A stretch of DNA of 64,000 nt, from the NCBI GenBank assembly GCA_964016885.1, contig OZ024743.1, positions 200,384,001 to 200,448,000 on the forward strand, given 5' to 3'. The DNA comes from Eledone cirrhosa. Its lineage: Eukaryota. Each line of letters starts with the position of its first letter. The stretch's first letter is position 1. Position numbers and translations under genes: made by a program. The notes beneath the pieces were generated by a model that saw nothing but the letters and a program-made list of their open reading frames with translations, made no database searches and was not told where the DNA came from. Positions 56,944 to 64,000 of this stretch are shown here, in pieces.

Positions 56944-57260
56944 ACGAGAGTGCAAGAGAAGGAGAGGGAGAAAATTAACAGATACCAGGACTTAAAGTGG
57001 GAGGTAAAAAGGATTTGGAACTGCCATGAAGTCAAAGTGGTCCCAATTGTCATAGGCGCACTAGGTACTATCTCAAAAAGTTTCCAGGGATGGTTAAAGA
57101 AAATTAGCCCCTTCACGCTTTTTGGAACGCTTCAAAAGGCATGCTTGCTGGGAACAGCAAGAACCCTCCGATACGTCCTGAATATCTGAGGCTGCAGGTA
57201 GTGGCTTGATATTCACTTCAACAAACTTTCCAGTTAACTAACATCAATGACTGAGACTCA

Positions 57261-57261
<1 letters not shown>
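56944..57261 (+). mobile_element. 5'-truncated R4/Dong-like copy inside (AAT)n
   Basis: TRVQEKEREKINRYQDLKWE...LQKACLLGTARTLRYVLNI*, close to 38770-39090; (AAT)n on both sides. Confidence 0.92.
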
Positions 57262-57320
<59 letters not shown>

Positions 57321-57500
57321 TTGTCGATTGACTTTCGTCAAATCCGACCGAAGAAATAATGTTTCCGTTGGTCTTTCCAATTGCTAATAATATCTATCAG
57401 TCGTAACTCCAGGTAGAAGCAGCAACGTGAAATAAATTGTCTTGCTCAAGAACATAACGCATCGCCAGGTCCAAGAATCGAACTAACACCCTCATGATTG
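57321..57500 (-). mobile_element. Family-2 SINE
   Basis: Reverse complement aligns with 17840-18010. Confidence 0.85.
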
Positions 57501-57559
57501 CAGTTAGTGATCTCTCTGTCTTTCTTAGTCTGTATTTTTAGATAGATACATAGCTATAA

Positions 57560-58557
57560 CGTCGCGCCCTTATAATATCTGTCTGTATGTCTGGCTGTCT
57601 GCATTACGATATTATGACAAATATTGTTCTCATTGCTGACGTATTATCTTCGCTATTTTCCGTTCATTGCCAGGGAACGTCTTCATAAACCAAAGTATCG
57701 TCTTCCTGTTTTCCTTCGGTTGCAACGTTTTTCGAAATATTTACTTCTGCGTTCACAGATTGATTTTTTTTTAGTTTCAGAAGATCCCGTTAAGGGTAAA
57801 AGCAGTGATTCTTTGTTATTTTAATATATATTTTGGAAGAGTCATGTTTTTCACAAGGGCAACTATACATTGGCTGCTCAAGAGTGGGAAACAAGACAAA
57901 TCTCTTTGCATATGCCCGACACGGAAGAACAAGGAACATTGTGTACAAGGAGGTGCTACAATCATTTTTTTAGGTAGACGAGGCAGAAGGGAATATACAC
58001 GATTGGCTGAAGAAGGACGAGACGGTGTTAGTAGTACGACTAACGGCTGCAGTCACACCAACAGCAGCAAAAACAACAACAAAAAAGAGAGGGAACGCAA
58101 TTACATGCTTTTGAAAATTCGTAATGGAAAATTATTTGCCTATTCACCCAAGGCGACTTCACTTTTTATTAGGACTTCTGCATCAATTGGTGAACATACG
58201 ACGAAACATTGAAAGGAGTAAGACAACACCACTCTCCACCACTGCAGTCCCACATGCTTACTGCTCTGTAACTATTGCTTTCATTGTACCATAGCACAAC
58301 AAATACATGTTCGGTTTGTCGAATGCCTTTTTACTTAACCCTATCGCCTTGGCTTTCGTGGGTTGAATATTTTACTCTCAGGCACCCAATTAAGTTAAAC
58401 CCCTGGTAATCTACGACGAACATTTTTTATAACCACAAAATGTAGACACCATCCCGAAGTCGAAGTATTCCGTACTTCTCTGTACTGTTTCAGAAAGGAG
58501 GGATAAACATGCCAATCTATGTTTAGAATCCCGAGCAACGCCGGGCCATTCTGCTAG
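57560..58557 (+). mobile_element. Probable non-autonomous Helitron (3' end clear, 5' end uncertain)
   Basis: 3' CCCGAGCAACGCCGGGccattctgCTAGt matches the terminus of 41335-42013; (TCTG)-type repeat near the putative 5' end. Confidence 0.55.
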
Positions 58558-59034
58558 TAGAATACTATAATAGAATAACAGAATGTATATTTTCAGCCAT
58601 TTTGAAATGGAAAGTTTTACTGAAATATAACAACATTTATATCTCTTCCGAGTTGACGGCATAGTTATGGTTTCTTCATCTCTCTTTGAGTAATACGAGA
58701 TTTATAATAAGAGCATTACAATAAATATTGTCTCTCTATTCCGCTTTATTGGTAAATTCTGACTAAGCAAATTCTTGTTTGATAATTATGAAACTTTATA
58801 ATGATGTCAACCAGTTAAGCATACATTTGGAATTTTAATTTATAGTAAGGCTTTACGTCTAATCAAAGTGTAACTTTTAAATCAACACAGAACGCCAAAC
58901 ACAATTCTAAGATATTTACACATTAAAATAGAATTAATTAGCAGGCACATTGCATGTTAATTAATAATAATAATTATTATTATTATAACAACAACAACAA
59001 CAACAAAAACAACAATAATAATAATTATTATTAT

Positions 59035-59210
59035 TATTATTTCTACTTTTGGCACAAGGTCAGCAATTATGCCACTGCATTACTGGTACCTTATTTTATC
59101 GATGAAAGGCAAAGTTAACCTCGGTGGGATTTGAACTCAGACCGTAAAGAGGCGTAACTCTATGCTACAAAGCATGGCGTCCGACCCTCTACCGATACTG
59201 CCAATCCACC
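59035..59210 (-). mobile_element. Family-1 SINE in an (AAT/AAC)n tract
   Basis: A and B boxes plus the body with a small deletion. Confidence 0.88.
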
Positions 59211-61789
59211 GTAATAATAATAATAACAATAACAACAACAACGTGTGTGTGTGTGTGTCTTCATGAGAAACTAGGGCACTGTTATGTTAAAAACACTTCC
59301 AACGTAATATTTTAGGTTCCTTTTTTAAACATTACAGCGTGTCAACTAAAGATTCTCAATGTCTTCACAGACCTTGTTAAAAGTAAAAGACCCCACATGT
59401 CCATCGAGCAGCACATTAATACCGTAATACGTAAGGACAGGATCTATAACGTAATCCGTGATACTCTTAAAAAGACAAGATGATCATAACTAGAATGCCT
59501 TTTTAATTGTTTTTAGGTCAGCTCGATCAAGGTTGGTTGGGGGTTAAACAGCATCAACAACGTAAATCGCAAAGAAAACAATACTTTTGTCTTTATGGTC
59601 ATTTAATTTAACCTGTTGTAAACAAACCGTTAAATTTACGGCTAGAAGTATTAAAACATTCTGATAATTAAAAGCTATTATTAGTCATTATCAGTATAAT
59701 CCTACCTAGCCTGAATTTTATGTATTAAATATAAATAAGTAGGTAAATATATATAGAAATCTTTAAAGAAAATTCCCTTTAAAATAATACAACCAATTAC
59801 CCTACAGTAAAATCACAAAGTATCATAAAATGTATTATCTAAACCAGATGCACACTATATTTAAAACAGATGAGTGTATCCCTCAAGTGAATTATAAATC
59901 ACAATACATGAGGCAACATTAAAACTATCTCATTATGAGCAATAAAACCGACACTATAAAAATGCCGTAATCAATAAGATATAAAAAAAAAAATAATAAA
60001 ACATGCTAAAAATATAATACAAATTATCAATGTAATTCACCTCTCTCAATGTAAGCACGATTATTGTAAACCTCATGAAAACAGATGTTACGTAAGTGGT
60101 ACAGAGAAGCATTGGATTCGTTGGCGATAATGCATGAAACAATCAACTACTATTTAGTAGAAAAATAATATAATGACCAACAAGAATATTTTAGAAAAAT
60201 ACACAAATATATTGTAATTTCATACAACCTTCATCGTATACACAAGCATTTACACAGAAACAAACATAGATACAGACACACATACGCATATACAAACACA
60301 CATATACAAACACACACTTAGAAACCAACATGCACACAGACACACGCACATACACACATACACATACAAGCACAAGGACGCACAATAACACACTAACACA
60401 TGCACATACACAGAAAGAAACCTAGCTATGATAGACGGCAATAAAATTCCAAACCTCAACACACAAAAATAGACACGGAGATTGCTTTGAAGCTTTCGTG
60501 TTAATATCATTCTATAAATCATCACGTGTATTCGAGTCAACTATGTAGTCGCATTACATGTTACAAATAACAGCCATATTTCCCTCAAATCATAGTTTAT
60601 TCTCTTGAAAAAGGACGGGCACATAAAGTAATCCCATATATATTATAGTTGTATAAAAAGCACCGTAATCACAAATAAAACAACTTTAATCACAAGTTTG
60701 CTTGATAAAGAATGACATTAGTTAGCAAACGTCTCTTCTAGATCTCTTTTATCTTTCCATCCAACCTCATTCTTTTTTATTAACCCTTCTCAGACTTTTT
60801 CCTTTAAGTCTAACTAATCTTATTCCATGATATCCAATCAACTTCCACACGTGGATCTCTTTAGACAGCTAATCCTTCCTATATTTAATCTCTAATCTTG
60901 TATATAAGAGATTAACAATTATTTAACACTAAAATAAAGTTATTTTTGCTTTAGCCAAAATTATAACTGCCCCACGTTTTCTGGATTACTTAGAGTTTAT
61001 CTCTTGTGTCACAGCATCCGCCTTTAACTCTGTTCATATTGCATTTATTTTCGTTGTGTGCTAGCTAATATTAGAAATCCATATTCTCTGTGTTGTTACA
61101 TTAATCTCGGTTATACGACTAAGACTATTATACGCATATATTTGCTACACTTCAACAAACGGCTGATATTTCAATATTTATCGCTCATCCTTGCGTTCTG
61201 ATTGAAGATATCATTTTTGTTTTTAAATCCGACATAATATATCGAGAAATATTTAATATAATTGTTATAGTTTCCTCAATACGGTAAAATGACATATAAT
61301 GGAATTTGGCTGCAATGTTTAGTAGGTCGATTCAAAAGAGTGAGGGTCTCTCGGTGGTTTAAGTGACAATAAAGCAACAAAACAAGATTTTACGAATGGA
61401 CACAATTTCTTCTTCTTTTTTTAATTTAATCTCCGAAGTCTTAGGCTAAATTTAAAATAGGAAAATAAATAGACTTGGTAGTTGTAAACATTTAAATATT
61501 ACTTTCAAAACTTATAATTAAAAAAATTGTCACCCTTTTTTAGTCATGTTTTAGTAATTTTAAATTAAAACAAATATACTGGGATGAAGTGGGAATATTT
61601 AGAATACCGCCTCACTAGGATAAACACATGGTTTTACTTCCCTTGTTATAAACCAGATGGTTGCATTGTCCCTGTAACTTTGTCGAACTGACTGGAAACA
61701 GTTGTTCCTTCCTATCTGATGCATTCGATGGGTATTTGCACATGGTTAGTGTCACGTTGTAACCTCAAATCCGGTGAATTCGGCAGAAT

Positions 61790-61838
<49 letters not shown>

Positions 61839-61841
61839 ATA

Positions 61842-61940
61842 CAGGGTGTCCCCCAAAATATATACACAAAGGCTGTGCTTCTTAATAAATATTGTCTGTA
61901 CAGGTAATCAAAGTGTGTACATATTTTTTGGGACACCCTG
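61842..61940. mobile_element. Tc1/mariner MITE (99 bp)
   Basis: TIRs CAGGGTGTCCC..AAAATAT.TACAC and its complement; TA on both sides. Confidence 0.85.
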
Positions 61941-61980
61941 TATATATATGTATATATATACATATGTGTGTGTGTGTGTG

Positions 61981-62062
<82 letters not shown>

Positions 62063-62839
62063 ATATATCTATATGTATTTCATCTGATTCACAGGCAAGG
62101 TTGTGGGGTTTAGTAGTTCGCTATGCGACCATGTGATGTTGGATTAAACTACATCGTGTGACATCTTGGTCGATTGTCTTCTATTACAGCCTAAAAAATG
62201 CCTGTTGTTTTGAAACAACGTTATCAATTCTGTACCAATCCTCGCCAAATTTCGCACAGAAGTAAAGATTCATCCCAAAATAATTCATAAAAGAATATTA
62301 ACACGATAAAAAAAATTCAAATGAATTTAAGAGATGAGGTAGAGAAAGACTGAAAGTTATATTGGAGTGTAAGCTAAAATCCATATGAAAAAAACAGTTA
62401 AAAATGGCAAAATAGAACAATCAACTATTACACTTTCTCTCTCCTTCTCTATATATCATTCTCTCTCTACCTCTCTCATTTTCTTTTTCTCTTACTCTAA
62501 ATCTATCAATATATCTTTCATTTTCTCTTCATTTCTATTTCCCTTTTCGCTGTCACATATAGATACGGTGTGTGCGTGTGTGCCTGTGTGTGTGTGTATA
62601 GAATCATTAGAATATTTTGTAGTTGCCTGCGTGCTTTTGCAAATTCATTTACATACATCAGGTGTTTCCATGTGTTTATATGTGATTGTAAATGTACTAA
62701 CGATCCATTTTCTTTTTGTGAAGTATACATGTGTATGTGTGTGTGTGCATGTGTAAGTGGATATGTGCATTTAGAGATATATGAACTCATATATACGAAT
62801 ACAAATATTTTTCTGTGGAGGCATATATATATATATAAG

Positions 62840-63103
62840 TAGAAGGGGTATTTAATTTGTTGGAAGTCCAACAAATATAAATGTTTATAACTGATATAGA
62901 GCACTCAACAGTTTCCTGGAGTAAATATTCAATGATATAGAATATCCAACTGATAAGGTTTGATTTTCCTGGGTATGTCTCTATTTATAAAACAAATTTT
63001 GCATTTTATCTGAGGAAAGCGTACCAATGTGTTTTGGTACCCTTGAAATATATATAATAAAATAAATATGGTTTTATAAATATAGTTTCCATTTATTTAA
63101 TAT

Positions 63104-63110
<7 letters not shown>
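62840..63110 (+). mobile_element. Hammerhead-bearing cassette with inverted tail, in (TA)n
   Basis: 62970-63110 is homologous to 45110-45260. 62840-62940 is the reverse complement of the tail seen at 45250-45345. Confidence 0.75.
63003..63063 (+). ncRNA. Type I hammerhead ribozyme candidate
   Basis: attttat-CTGAGGA-aagcgtaccaa tgtgtt ttggtaccctt-GAAA-TATATA-TA-ataaaat; 7-bp stem I. Confidence 0.75.
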
Positions 63111-63171
<61 letters not shown>

Positions 63172-63224
63172 ATGTATGTATGTATGTATGTATGTATGTA
63201 TGTATGTATGTATGTATGCAACTC

Positions 63225-63560
63225 TGATGGTATCCAATGATGTTGACTTGTTCTTCTTTTTGGTAAATATCATCTTGGTTAAGAGAGTGAGACTGGCTTC
63301 GTGCAGTGCCTTTGCTCACTATAAAAGCTTCACGGCACAGGCATTACTTTATATCTGGAGATCTCTCTCCACTTGTCGTCACATGGTACCATGGGCCCAG
63401 CACTATGTGTCAATAATTGTCAAAAGTGTAGTGTTTGTACAAGAGTTTTCAAGTCGCTGGCTGGACTAAAAAGTCACACTCGTTCAGCGCATCGGTAGGG
63501 GTTCTCCTACATGGATATAAAGTAGTGGCCGTACTCGAAAACGAGTTGGCAGCCACCATG
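63225..63560 (+). mobile_element. RTE-clade LINE 3' fragment with C2H2-like end
   Basis: KCSVCTRVFKSLAGLKSHTRSAHR*, followed by gtggccgtactcgaaaacgagttggcagcc. Confidence 0.65.
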
Positions 63561-64000
63561 TATGTATATATATACTCATGTAAGTATATATATATATATA
63601 TAATATATACATGCTCATGTAACTACTTATATGTGTATGAGTAAAAAGTATTTATTTAATTATAACACTATTTTATCTATCTATCTATCGATATAAGTAT
63701 CTATCCATCTATGTCCTGAGCCCACTGGTAGACATTTGGCGTCCTAGTTTAATCCTACAATGTGCGCCCCTTTTCTCCTATATAAAAGCATTCTAACACA
63801 GTTTGCTAAGCTTATAAACCTAGCTGATGTGTGGAGCACTATTCAATGTAACTACATTGTATATAACATCTATCTTTGTCTTATCGAGTGCGTGTGTGCG
63901 TTGATGTTCTCTCTGTTTCACTCACTGCCTCCATCTCTCTCGCTTTCGCCATCTCACACTATTATAAGCAAATGGAAGCCCATATTCTGACCGTCACGTG

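Overview
Repeat-dominated, apparently non-genic eukaryotic DNA. The microsatellite density and SINE motifs resemble an octopod cephalopod (inference from pattern recognition, not a search). I could not support any host protein-coding gene: most ORFs in the track are translations of (TA)n, (CA)n, (CT)n or (ATT)n repeats. The real coding signal comes from decayed retroelements: several Tx1-like (L1-group) LINEs, R4/Dong-like restriction-endonuclease LINEs, RTE 3' ends and at least two kinds of Penelope-like elements (PLEs, GIY-YIG). tRNA-derived SINEs, non-autonomous Helitrons and mariner/Tc1 MITEs are also present. Two system-level patterns stand out. (1) Many small minimal type I hammerhead-ribozyme motifs, some with covarying stems and one U3-A8 core variant, sit in PLE 3' ends and in short, often asymmetric palindromic cassettes embedded in (TA)n. 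(2) Retroelements appear to partition microsatellite targets: Tx1 subfamilies and a SINE form co-oriented trains inserted into each other's (ATT)n tails, a related Tx1 sits in (TATC)n, and Dong-like elements use the same triplet repeat on the opposite strand.
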